Shown: positions 32,068 to 40,004 of the stretch, one piece after another | Layout of the letters: each line of letters begins with the position of its first letter | How positions within the stretch are numbered: position 1 is the stretch's first letter | Assembly: GCA_024231215.1 (NCBI GenBank) | Contig: JAAEQR010000072.1 | Coordinates: 193,210 to 257,209, forward strand | DNA from: PVC group bacterium | Lineage (GTDB): Bacteria > Omnitrophota > Gorgyraeia > B26-G9 | Direction: 5' to 3' | DNA length: 64,000 bases | Position numbers and translations under genes: made by a program | The notes under the pieces: generated by a model | Database searches by the model: none | The model's input: the letters and a program-made list of their open reading frames with translations, nothing else | Told to the model about the DNA's origin: nothing

Positions 32068-33480
32068 ATGTCTATTAAAATTTACAATTCATTAACTTCC
32101 AAAAAGGAAGAATTCAAACCGCTTAAAGAAGGCGTTGTTAAGATGTATGTATGCGGGCCTACGGTATATGATGTAAGTCATATTGGGCATTTACGGGCAG
32201 CATATGTTTTTGATGTTATTCGCCGTTATTTAGAATGTAGAGAATTTAAAGTGACCTTTGTCCGGAATATTACGGATATTGACGATAAGATAATTAAAAA
32301 AGCTCAGCAGGAATTAGATGAGGATAATGAGGGGCTTAACGATAAAGTTAAAGAGGTCGCGGAAAAGTATACACGTTTGTATGAAGAAGATATGCAGAGC
32401 TTTGGCATAAAAGACCCGGATATCCAGCCTAAAGCAACAGAACATATCCAGGATATGATTTCCATGATCCGGACTTTAATTGATAAAGACATGGCTTATG
32501 CTTCAGACGGAGATGTGTATTTTTCAGTGCGTAATTTTCCTGGATACGGAAAACTTTCCCATCAGAGCGTGGATCAAATGGCTGAAGGAGTAAGAAAAGC
32601 TCAGGAGACAAACAAAAGAGACCCACTTGATTTTGCTTTATGGAAAAAGGCTAAGCCGGGCGAACCTTATTGGGAGAGTCCTTGGGGTAACGGCAGGCCG
32701 GGCTGGCATATTGAATGTTCGGTAATGAGTACTAATTATTTGGATTCTACTTTTGATATTCACGGCGGAGGCCGGGATTTGATCTTTCCACATCATGAAA
32801 ATGAAATTGCACAAGCAGAAGCAGCTACGGGAAAGCCTTTTGCTAATTGCTGGATACATAACGGCTTGCTTACAGTAGAAAAAGAAAAAATGGCGAAATC
32901 TTTAGGTAATTTTGTTACGATAAAAGAAATATTAGAGAAATATCACCCGGATGTGTTGAAAATATTTTTTCTCCAGGCGCATTATGCAAGTACAATGGAT
33001 TTTTCCTGGCAGAAAATGGAAGAAGCAAAAAAAGCCTATGAGAGAATTTTAATTTTTCTGGATAAAGCAGAAAAAATTTCAGGAGATAAAGATGGAACAG
33101 AAGTAATTGGTTCTTTTAAAGAGCAGTTTATGGAAGCTATGGATGATGATTTTAATACAGCCAAGGCACTTGCGGTATTATTTGATAGGATAAATAAATG
33201 TAATAAATTGTTTGAAAGTGATGAAGAAGATAAAGATTCTATGATACGTAGTGCTTTTGAAAATATTAAAGAAATAGCAAATGTATTCGGGTTGACCTTC
33301 TTAAAGAAAGAAAATAAGATTTCAGACTCGGAAATCGAAGAAAAAATAGAACTTCGTTTGAAATATAAAAAAGAGAAGAATTTTAAAGCTGCGGATGAGG
33401 TCCGGGACCAATTATTGGCATTGGGAATTGTGCTTGAAGATGCAAAGGACGGTAATACGGTCTGGCGGGCAGATTTATAG
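32068..33480 (+). CDS. cysS: Cysteine--tRNA ligase
   Basis: HIGH motif (HIGHLRA), zinc ligands (CGPTVYD...), KMSKS variant KMAKS, and a C-terminal DALR/anticodon domain. The ATG at 32068 is preferred over the 39-codon extension in the track. Confidence 0.9.
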   Translation: MSIKIYNSLTSKKEEFKPLKEGVVKMYVCGPTVYDVSHIGHLRAAYVFDVIRRYLECREFKVTFVRNITDIDDKIIKKAQQELDEDNEGLNDKVKEVAEKYTRLYEEDMQSFGIKDPDIQPKATEHIQDMISMIRTLIDKDMAYASDGDVYFSVRNFPGYGKLSHQSVDQMAEGVRKAQETNKRDPLDFALWKKAKPGEPYWESPWGNGRPGWHIECSVMSTNYLDSTFDIHGGGRDLIFPHHENEIAQAEAATGKPFANCWIHNGLLTVEKEKMAKSLGNFVTIKEILEKYHPDVLKIFFLQAHYASTMDFSWQKMEEAKKAYERILIFLDKAEKISGDKDGTEVIGSFKEQFMEAMDDDFNTAKALAVLFDRINKCNKLFESDEEDKDSMIRSAFENIKEIANVFGLTFLKKENKISDSEIEEKIELRLKYKKEKNFKAADEVRDQLLALGIVLEDAKDGNTVWRADL

Positions 33481-33694
33481 GGTGCAATATTGTGAATTTA
33501 CATATAAGATTTTAAACCAAAATATATGATTTTGCTAATATTTAGTACCTCTTGACACCTAAAAGATAACGTGTTATACTTTTTTGTAAGATTTTAAAAA
33601 TATATTAAAATATTATTACTTTTTAAATATTTAGTATTATTAAAAGTATTTTTGTAAGATTTTGAAATATTTATGTGGACTTGAAAAGTGAGGT

Positions 33695-34912
33695 GTGATT
33701 ATGAAAGGGGCATTATTTAAAGACCAGATTCTATCGGACCGGGAGCGAAAAAATCTTGATATACTGGAAGTTGTACGCAGGTATGGACCGGTTACCAGGA
33801 CGGAGATTTCACGCATAACAAAGTATAACATTGTGACAGTTTCTAATTATGTTAATAATTACATTAAAAAAGATTTAGTAGTAGAAAAGGGGCTTGATAT
33901 ATCAAGCGGTGGCAGAAAACCTACTTTAGTCGAGCTAAATTCCCGTAACTGCTTTGTTATTGGTATTGATATTGGGCCGGAGCATGTGATTGCCATCCTT
34001 ACTGATCTTTCTTTGAATATGATCACCAAGGTTAAAAAGGCTCGTCCCAAAGAGTCAATGGAAGATGTAGTAAGTAAATCCATAGAGCTGATCTATGAGG
34101 TGATTGAAAAATCACAGATTGAAGCTAAGAAAATAAAGGGATTGGGTATTGGAATTTCCGGGATTATTGATGCTAAGGCCGGGACAGTGAGAGATACTGA
34201 TCCTCAGCGTGGCAGAACCGCGGCCAGTTATATTTCAATTAAAAATCTGATTGAAAGAGAATTTGGCATTCCTACTTTTGTGGGTAATGATGCTACGGTA
34301 GCGGCATTTGGGGAAAAGCGGATAGGATTAGATGCTGAGATTGAAAATGTGCTTTATATGTTTTCCGATGTAGGGTGCGGTATTATTATTAAAGGAGAAA
34401 TATACGCCGGTGCCGGTGGTAGTGCAGGAGAAGTTCAATTGAATATGAATAACCAGGGGGATGACCTGATAAAGGACTTGGGATTGTTCAGGTCGGGCAG
34501 TATAAGCTTAGGGATTGTTGAATCGGCCAGAACCGCAGCTAAAGACAGCAATGGGACAAAGATCAAAGCTATAGTAAACGGGGATACAGCTTCAATTACG
34601 GCTGAAACCGTAATTGAAGCAGCGCGTCAGGGTGATAAAGTTGCTATAGAAATTTTAGAAAAAGCCGGACTTAATCTTGGAGTAAGGATTGCATATTTAA
34701 TTAATCTATTTAATCCGGAGATAGTTATTCTTGGCGGTGGTATGGAGCAAGGAGGAGATTTGATTCTTGAACCGATCAAGCGAATGGTGCGTAGGCTAGC
34801 ATTTGAAGAGCCAGCAAGTATGGTTCGAATCATTCCTTCCCGCTTAGGTGAAAATGCGGTATCGTTGGGTGCAGCAAGTTTGGTTATTCGGGAAATATTT
34901 ATACACGCGTAA
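33695..34912 (+). CDS. ROK-family transcriptional regulator (N-terminal wHTH plus ROK sugar-kinase-like domain)
   Basis: N-terminal HTH ILEVVRRYGPVTRTEISRITKYNIVTVSNYV and a ROK-domain glycine-rich sugar-kinase fold (GIGISGIID...GNDATVAAFGE...). The ROK zinc-motif Cys/His are not obvious, so it may be a regulator rather than a kinase. Confidence 0.7.
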   Translation: MIMKGALFKDQILSDRERKNLDILEVVRRYGPVTRTEISRITKYNIVTVSNYVNNYIKKDLVVEKGLDISSGGRKPTLVELNSRNCFVIGIDIGPEHVIAILTDLSLNMITKVKKARPKESMEDVVSKSIELIYEVIEKSQIEAKKIKGLGIGISGIIDAKAGTVRDTDPQRGRTAASYISIKNLIEREFGIPTFVGNDATVAAFGEKRIGLDAEIENVLYMFSDVGCGIIIKGEIYAGAGGSAGEVQLNMNNQGDDLIKDLGLFRSGSISLGIVESARTAAKDSNGTKIKAIVNGDTASITAETVIEAARQGDKVAIEILEKAGLNLGVRIAYLINLFNPEIVILGGGMEQGGDLILEPIKRMVRRLAFEEPASMVRIIPSRLGENAVSLGAASLVIREIFIHA

Positions 34913-34927
34913 AAAAAAGGAGAAAAA

Positions 34928-35212
34928 ATGGATCAGGAACTTAAATTTTTGAAAACAGCAGCTGTAATTTTTAAGGTTTTAGCTTGGGTTTCAGCGATTT
35001 TCTTTCTGGTTGTGACTATGATTGTGCTTTTTGGGGCAGCAGGGCCGGACACGCCTAGAGCCGCAAGCATAGTTTTCTTATTGGGCGGTGGTTTTTATTT
35101 TCTGGTTCTTTTTGGTCTTTCAGAGGCATTGAAACTTCTTTTTAGTTTATCTGCGAAAGTTGATAAGATTCTCGGGCTTCTGTCGGGAAAGCCTGTTGAT
35201 AGAAATATATAA
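34928..35212 (+). CDS. Small two-TM membrane protein (hypothetical)
   Basis: 94 aa with two long hydrophobic segments. No domain recognised. Confidence 0.4.
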   Translation: MDQELKFLKTAAVIFKVLAWVSAIFFLVVTMIVLFGAAGPDTPRAASIVFLLGGGFYFLVLFGLSEALKLLFSLSAKVDKILGLLSGKPVDRNI

Positions 35213-35238
35213 AGGGCTAATATCGGAGGGTATTTCTT

Positions 35239-36144
35239 TTGAAAAAAGCATTGTTAGTTGCAATATGTATGATATTTTTATGTCCATTGGTCTTTGCTGA
35301 AAAACAAGAGCAGGATAAAGTGAAATTAAAATATAATTTTAAGGTTGGAGATAACTTAACTTATCATTTGAAGATGAAAGATGAGTTATTGCTTGAAGAT
35401 GAGAGGCTAGGGGGAGAGCCTTTTAAATCAACTATAAAGTCTACGGGATTTATTAATTATGAGCAAGAAGTGCAAGGGGTTGATTTGTCGGCAGACGAAA
35501 TTAAGATAAAAGTTAGTTATGGAAGAGGTAATAAGTATATGTTTCATGGGGATAAGTTAAGCTCTAATCCAGTCTCGACTGCGCTGGATGATAAAAGTAT
35601 TCTTTTGACAATGCATTTGTCTGGCAAGTTAAAAGATAAGAATGTGATAAAAGGGCAAGGATTTTCTTTGCATGATCGTGATATTATGCAATTACTCTTT
35701 GTCGAGTTCCCCGAGAATGAATTGCAGTCAGGAGATAGTTGGGTTAAAGAGAATAATTTGCCTTTAAATATTCCTTCTAGGGATGGAGTAAAGATCTTAG
35801 CAGAGAAAAGCATCAAATCAAAATATACGCTTCTTAGTATAGAGAAGAGAGGTGTTTATGATTGTGCAAAGGTTAATCTGGAAGCAAATATTAATGGTTT
35901 TCGTGATACTGCAGGGCATGGTATTATTGTTAAGGAAAAAACCCTGGTAATTATTGACGGCTTAATATATTATGATCTGGCAACAGGGTATGTGGTATAT
36001 GCTGATCTCTCTAAGTCTATACATACCAAAGAAGTTATAAAGATTGATTCTAAGCATGAAAAAGCAACTGAGGCGAGTAAAAAATCATCTCCTGGAACAA
36101 TTATTATGGACAGAGAAGTCCATACTTCTGTAGAATTATTGTAA
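35239..36144 (+). CDS. Secreted hypothetical protein, paralog B of 5937..6815
   Basis: Signal peptide, then EKQEQDKVKLKYNFKVGDNLTYHLKMKDE... (compare paralog A EKQDKVKLKYEFKVGDTLNYNLKVDGK). Both end ...ELL. Confidence 0.6.
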   Translation: MKKALLVAICMIFLCPLVFAEKQEQDKVKLKYNFKVGDNLTYHLKMKDELLLEDERLGGEPFKSTIKSTGFINYEQEVQGVDLSADEIKIKVSYGRGNKYMFHGDKLSSNPVSTALDDKSILLTMHLSGKLKDKNVIKGQGFSLHDRDIMQLLFVEFPENELQSGDSWVKENNLPLNIPSRDGVKILAEKSIKSKYTLLSIEKRGVYDCAKVNLEANINGFRDTAGHGIIVKEKTLVIIDGLIYYDLATGYVVYADLSKSIHTKEVIKIDSKHEKATEASKKSSPGTIIMDREVHTSVELL

Positions 36145-36161
36145 TATGCAATCAGCTCACC

Positions 36162-36190
36162 TTGACAACTAACCCCTTGTATGGTATAAT
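36162..36190 (+). promoter_or_regulatory. Sigma70-like promoter (TTGACA, 17-nt spacer, TATAAT) driving the riboswitch leader
   Basis: ttgacaactaaccccttgtatggtataat is a textbook consensus. It lies about 85 nt upstream of the aptamer. Confidence 0.65.
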
Positions 36191-36269
36191 TTTAACAGGA
36201 TAGCTGTAAGAATTTAAGACATTATAAAATGATTTTAAAAAGACATTCGTAAGTGTCTACAGCTGTTGA

Positions 36270-36372
36270 GGATGTTAAAATCCGAAAAGGCAAACCTCAG
36301 GAAATTGAGGGGCGCAAAGCTACGGGTCTAAAGCTAGATTGCTACGATCGCCGGGCGCACCGACAACGATAT
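36270..36372 (+). ncRNA. c-di-GMP-I (GEMM) riboswitch aptamer (putative)
   Basis: aaaaGGCAAACCtcagGAAAttgaggGGCGCAAAGCTACGGGTCtaaagc... parallels the Vibrio Vc2 aptamer (...agGGCAAACCattcGAAAgagtggGACGCAAAGCCuCCGGCCuaaacc...): a GGCAAACC strand, a GNRA-capped P1b, and a GCGCAAAGC-YR-CGGG core. Confidence 0.6.
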
Positions 36373-36385
36373 AGCATAAGTTATG

Positions 36386-36443
36386 ATAGCCGAGCTGCCG
36401 AAATTTTAGTAATTTAATTGCGGTTGTTCGGCTATTTTTATTT
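36386..36443 (+). terminator. Putative expression-platform terminator of the riboswitch leader
   Basis: atagccga ... tcggctat stem (36386..36435) followed by tttttattt, directly before the RBS and ATG of the 36455 ORF. Confidence 0.5.
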
Positions 36444-36454
36444 AGAAGGGAAAG

Positions 36455-36907
36455 ATGATGAAAAGAAACTTCTGGCTCAAATTGATTGCAGTATTAATCA
36501 TCCAGGCGTTATTTTTGACGCAGGTTGATTTTTCTTTGGCTGCAGTTTATCAGAGTAAAGAAGTTTTGCAGGAAGGCGTCTTGAAACTAGTGAGAATAAA
36601 AGATGCCGATACCAGCTTGATTAGCGGTATTAGCTGTGTATACTTTGCAGTATTTTCTATCTTAAGGGGATCTGGAACATCCATAACAGAATTGGTTTAC
36701 GGGGGAGAAGTACGCACAGATACTAAACATATTTATAAAGCGTTTATTCATCAGGAAGACAAGATAATTGCAGATAATACAGGTTTTAGTATTATAGAGA
36801 TTATAAATAATGGCAAACAACTAGAACAGGCAAGTACTCAAAATTCAAGAGCACCTCCGGCTGAAGAAAAAATAGCGTTGATGTTTACACAAACCCGAAC
36901 TACATAA
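36455..36907 (+). CDS. Small secreted protein whose N-terminal leader is homologous to that of the giant protein
   Basis: MMKRNFWLKLIAVLIIQALFLTQVDFSLAAVYQSKEV compared with the giant protein MQGLTGKLWFKIIAFIVLQTFMFVQADISWAANYRQQ. 150 aa, no other domain recognised. Confidence 0.6.
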   Translation: MMKRNFWLKLIAVLIIQALFLTQVDFSLAAVYQSKEVLQEGVLKLVRIKDADTSLISGISCVYFAVFSILRGSGTSITELVYGGEVRTDTKHIYKAFIHQEDKIIADNTGFSIIEIINNGKQLEQASTQNSRAPPAEEKIALMFTQTRTT

Positions 36908-36928
36908 TTTAATAGTTCGGGTTTTTTG
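36891..36928 (+). terminator. Rho-independent terminator enclosing the stop codon of the 36455 ORF
   Basis: aaacccgaacta...tagttcgggtttttt. Confidence 0.7.
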
Positions 36929-36953
36929 TGTCTAAAATATATACAGAAGGGAG

Positions 36954-37343
36954 ATGAGAAAGATGATTGAAAAACGCAGATTTCCCAGAGTAAATCATGA
37001 GTGCCCTGTTCAGTTGAAAACAATGCGTGGAACCGGCTCTAACTTGATGAAAAATTCATTTTCTAAGAATGTAAGCCAGAGCGGAATGGAACTAGTTTCT
37101 TTTGATTTTTATCCGGTTAATGACAGGGTTCAGGTACAAGTTTTTTCAAGCAGTTATGCTAGCATGATGCAGGCAGTAGGCAGAATAGTATGGGTGCAGC
37201 AGTTACCTAACCAAGAAAAATATCGCATAGGTATTGAATTAGTGGAAGTAAGCCGTAGTGCTTACCGAAAACTTACATCTTTGGTTCAGAATACGTTGTT
37301 AAGTCATGGGATTGGATTACAGGGGGATATGAATGTTGCATAA
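36954..37343 (+). CDS. PilZ-domain (c-di-GMP-binding) protein
   Basis: RRFPR (RxxxR) followed about 30 aa later by NVSQSG ((D/N)xSxxG). These are the two c-di-GMP-contacting motifs of PilZ. 129 aa, single domain. Confidence 0.7.
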   Translation: MRKMIEKRRFPRVNHECPVQLKTMRGTGSNLMKNSFSKNVSQSGMELVSFDFYPVNDRVQVQVFSSSYASMMQAVGRIVWVQQLPNQEKYRIGIELVEVSRSAYRKLTSLVQNTLLSHGIGLQGDMNVA

Positions 37344-38664
37344 GCAGAGCGTATTAACATATCTTAGACATAGTCAACAGTCTTTTTCAATATTTTGGGA
37401 CTGTTCTGCTTTGAATCTGAAGTGTTGGAGCCGGATTATAATATTTGCTTTGGTATTTATTTTATTACTTTCGACACTTGTTCGAGGTCAGTTTTCGGAT
37501 AAAGAATACGGTAGTTCTAATGGTAAACGCAAGCCGATATTAAGAGAAGATCAGATTCCGGTAAAAGACGGGGTTTCATATTCAGCATTTGAAGAGACGT
37601 CTGTTTCCAAGAGCCGGGAGTCAGAAGGAGTCAGAACTACAATTAGCGGCTTATTGGATGCGGGATATGACTTAGAGGAAGTTGTTGTGCTTTTAGAAAA
37701 ACAAGGACATAGCGCGGCATCAATTAGTATCGTTTGTCTGGATCCTCAGTTTAAACTAGATGCCAAGCAGATACATAGTGCTTTGCATAAAGCTGGGTTT
37801 TCAAAGCAGGAAGCAGATGGCGCTGTTCCTGTATCATTGCGCCAGGCAAAACAGTTATTTTATCAGCCGGCGAAGAATAATTCTAAATCAGTTATTGCAG
37901 AAAAATCATTAGAGTCTCAGGCAGTTGAATCGCTTCAAGTGAGTGCTCCGGCAGTCAAACCTTTAATAAATAGTGAAACAGAATTAAAAAGTACAATCAA
38001 TACTCTTAAACGCTCAAGGGTTTCTACTCCTCAGATTGTAGAAGTTTTAAAAGAACTTGGCGTATCTTCAGATAGTATAGTTAAAGCTTTTGATGAGATC
38101 CAAAGCGGGAGTTCAACCGATGGGTTTAATGGTCTGGGGGAATGGAAATCATTTCAAAACGCAAGATACGATAATGTAAAAAGTGAAGCAGCGATAATTG
38201 CTTCGGATATAGAACTTGTCAGTTCGCTTCGCGCTTCAGGTTATACGACTAAAGATATTGTACAAAGTATAATGTCTAGACCTAAAAATAAAAACATTTC
38301 AGATAGTTCTAATTTAATAAGAAAAATGGTTAAAATTTTATGTAAATCCGAGATTAATTTAGAAGATACCGTGAATACTTTAAAAGATAATGGGGTTTCC
38401 TCAGAAACGATTATTATTGCGTTTATGGGAAAGCCTGTTTCATTGATAGATAAAATAAAATCAGGAATGTTATTTAGCAATAATACTACTAAAACAGCTA
38501 ATAAAATTATTAAAGGAGTAGTTAACGGAGTAACTTTAAAAACTGTAATTAAAGACCTGCAGCATTCAGGTCATAAAAATAAAGATATTGTTAGTGCCCT
38601 GGATTTTTTGCAGGTTTCCGGAGTGCAGACATCTGAAATATTTAATCAGACAGCGAGGAGGTAA
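37333..38664 (+). CDS. Membrane-anchored repeat protein with at least 8 copies of a ~18-aa 'G(F/Y)S..(D/E)I..A' motif
   Basis: Single N-terminal TM (RIIIFALVFILLLSTLV). Repeats include ISGLLDAGYDLEEVVVLL, IHSALHKAGFSKQEADGAVP, IVEVLKELGVSSDSIVKAF, LVSSLRASGYTTKDIVQSI, TVNTLKDNGVSSETIIIAF and VIKDLQHSGHKNKDIVSAL. Confidence 0.6.
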   Translation: MLHKQSVLTYLRHSQQSFSIFWDCSALNLKCWSRIIIFALVFILLLSTLVRGQFSDKEYGSSNGKRKPILREDQIPVKDGVSYSAFEETSVSKSRESEGVRTTISGLLDAGYDLEEVVVLLEKQGHSAASISIVCLDPQFKLDAKQIHSALHKAGFSKQEADGAVPVSLRQAKQLFYQPAKNNSKSVIAEKSLESQAVESLQVSAPAVKPLINSETELKSTINTLKRSRVSTPQIVEVLKELGVSSDSIVKAFDEIQSGSSTDGFNGLGEWKSFQNARYDNVKSEAAIIASDIELVSSLRASGYTTKDIVQSIMSRPKNKNISDSSNLIRKMVKILCKSEINLEDTVNTLKDNGVSSETIIIAFMGKPVSLIDKIKSGMLFSNNTTKTANKIIKGVVNGVTLKTVIKDLQHSGHKNKDIVSALDFLQVSGVQTSEIFNQTARR

Positions 38665-38669
38665 TAGCG

Positions 38670-39944
38670 ATGAAAAACTTAATAACCAGGATTTTGTGTA
38701 TAACGGTTATATTTTTATTTACGCTTGCGCCGTATTGCTTTGCAGGGTGGGGAAACGTAAGAAAAACAATAGATATGGAGACTAATAAAGATAAAGTTGA
38801 TTCTGCTCAAATAGATAATAAAGAGACTCCATATTCTCATATAAGTACACTAGAGCAAGGTAAAGCAGAGGTTAAGACTTCGAATGAAGAGACAAAAGCT
38901 ACGGTTACAGGGTTAAAAGATGCGGGTTTTTCTGTAGATGCGATTGTGAATAATTTAAAGAACGGGGGCAAAAATGCTTCTGAGATAAGTGTGGCTTGTT
39001 TAGGTTGCAATATCAGTGGCGCGGCAGTACATGCAGCGTTGATTAAATCTGGATTTTCCAAAGAAAGCGCTGATTCAGTAGTGCCGGCAGGATTAATAAA
39101 TCAAGAGTCTGAGGCTTCAATAGCACAGAGCCAAACAGGAAATACTTTAAGCGAAGTGACTGCTCCATTAATTAGTGATTTAGTTTTTGTTCCAATGGAT
39201 AATAATGTTGGAGAAGTATCAGCTAGTGTAGGAGAAGTGGCTTCTGTTGGGTTGAACGATACCAAGCAGGAAGCTTTACAGTTTGCAAAAGATGAACTTG
39301 GAGAAATGCCTCAGAAACCGGAACTTAAAGGGAGAGGTTTCTTTAGCAAAATTATTCGAATATTAGTTTTTCGTATTAAAGTTATCAATAAGATGAAAAA
39401 AGCAGAGAAGACTTCTAAAAAAATGGTAGAAAATGGATATTCTTCTGCGGAAATAGGACATGCTTTTGCTGGAATCGGATACAGTCAGAGACAGACGGCA
39501 ATATTATTAAAAACATCTGGTTTTTCGACAGAAGAAGCATATACAGGTTTGCTGGAAAGCACGGACATTTGGCAGGGGGCAGAGGAGAAAACTATTGCGA
39601 AGTCTATGATTGAAGCAGGATATAATGAAACAGAAGTTGATGCCGCTTTAATCGGTAGTCTGAAAAAACAGGGATATACAGCACAGGAAGTGGTTAATAC
39701 TATTTTTTCAGACATGCCTGAACAGCCAAAAGCAAAAGCGTTAAGTGGTTGGAGAGGTATTATGGTTAGAATCTTAAGAACTGTTTATAATCGTAATATG
39801 GAGGTAAAAGTACAAAAGGCGGAAAAAGCAGCTCAGAATATGATTCGCAGTGGATATAGTAGTGAAGAAGTAAAGGGAGCTTTTAGAAATGCAGGATTTA
39901 ATGATACAAACGCAGTTAAAATATTAAATGCCATTGGCGCGTAA
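38670..39944 (+). CDS. Secreted repeat protein, paralog of 37333..38664 (same G(F/Y)S repeat family)
   Basis: Signal peptide MKNLITRILCITVIFLFTLAPYCFA. Repeats TVTGLKDAGFSVDAIVNNL, VHAALIKSGFSKESADSVVP, MVENGYSSAEIGHAFAGIGYSQRQTAILLKTSGFSTEEAY, MIEAGYNETEVDAALIGSLKKQGYTAQEVVNTIF and MIRSGYSSEEVKGAFRNAGFNDTNAVKILNAIGA. Confidence 0.6.
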   Translation: MKNLITRILCITVIFLFTLAPYCFAGWGNVRKTIDMETNKDKVDSAQIDNKETPYSHISTLEQGKAEVKTSNEETKATVTGLKDAGFSVDAIVNNLKNGGKNASEISVACLGCNISGAAVHAALIKSGFSKESADSVVPAGLINQESEASIAQSQTGNTLSEVTAPLISDLVFVPMDNNVGEVSASVGEVASVGLNDTKQEALQFAKDELGEMPQKPELKGRGFFSKIIRILVFRIKVINKMKKAEKTSKKMVENGYSSAEIGHAFAGIGYSQRQTAILLKTSGFSTEEAYTGLLESTDIWQGAEEKTIAKSMIEAGYNETEVDAALIGSLKKQGYTAQEVVNTIFSDMPEQPKAKALSGWRGIMVRILRTVYNRNMEVKVQKAEKAAQNMIRSGYSSEEVKGAFRNAGFNDTNAVKILNAIGA

Positions 39945-40004
39945 TTATTGATAAAATATATAAAAAAATGATAAACTAATAAATGAATAAACAAAGGAGA
40001 AAAA

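Noticed and set aside
33640-33831. Minus-strand 63-aa ORF across the ROK gene start.
   Set aside because: It overlaps the ROK N-terminus and the AT-rich promoter region, and its composition is consistent with a random AT-rich ORF.
38588-38785. 65-aa ORF overlapping the junction of the two repeat-protein genes.
   Set aside because: It is in a different frame, overlaps both flanking genes, and has no RBS, so it is a shadow ORF.
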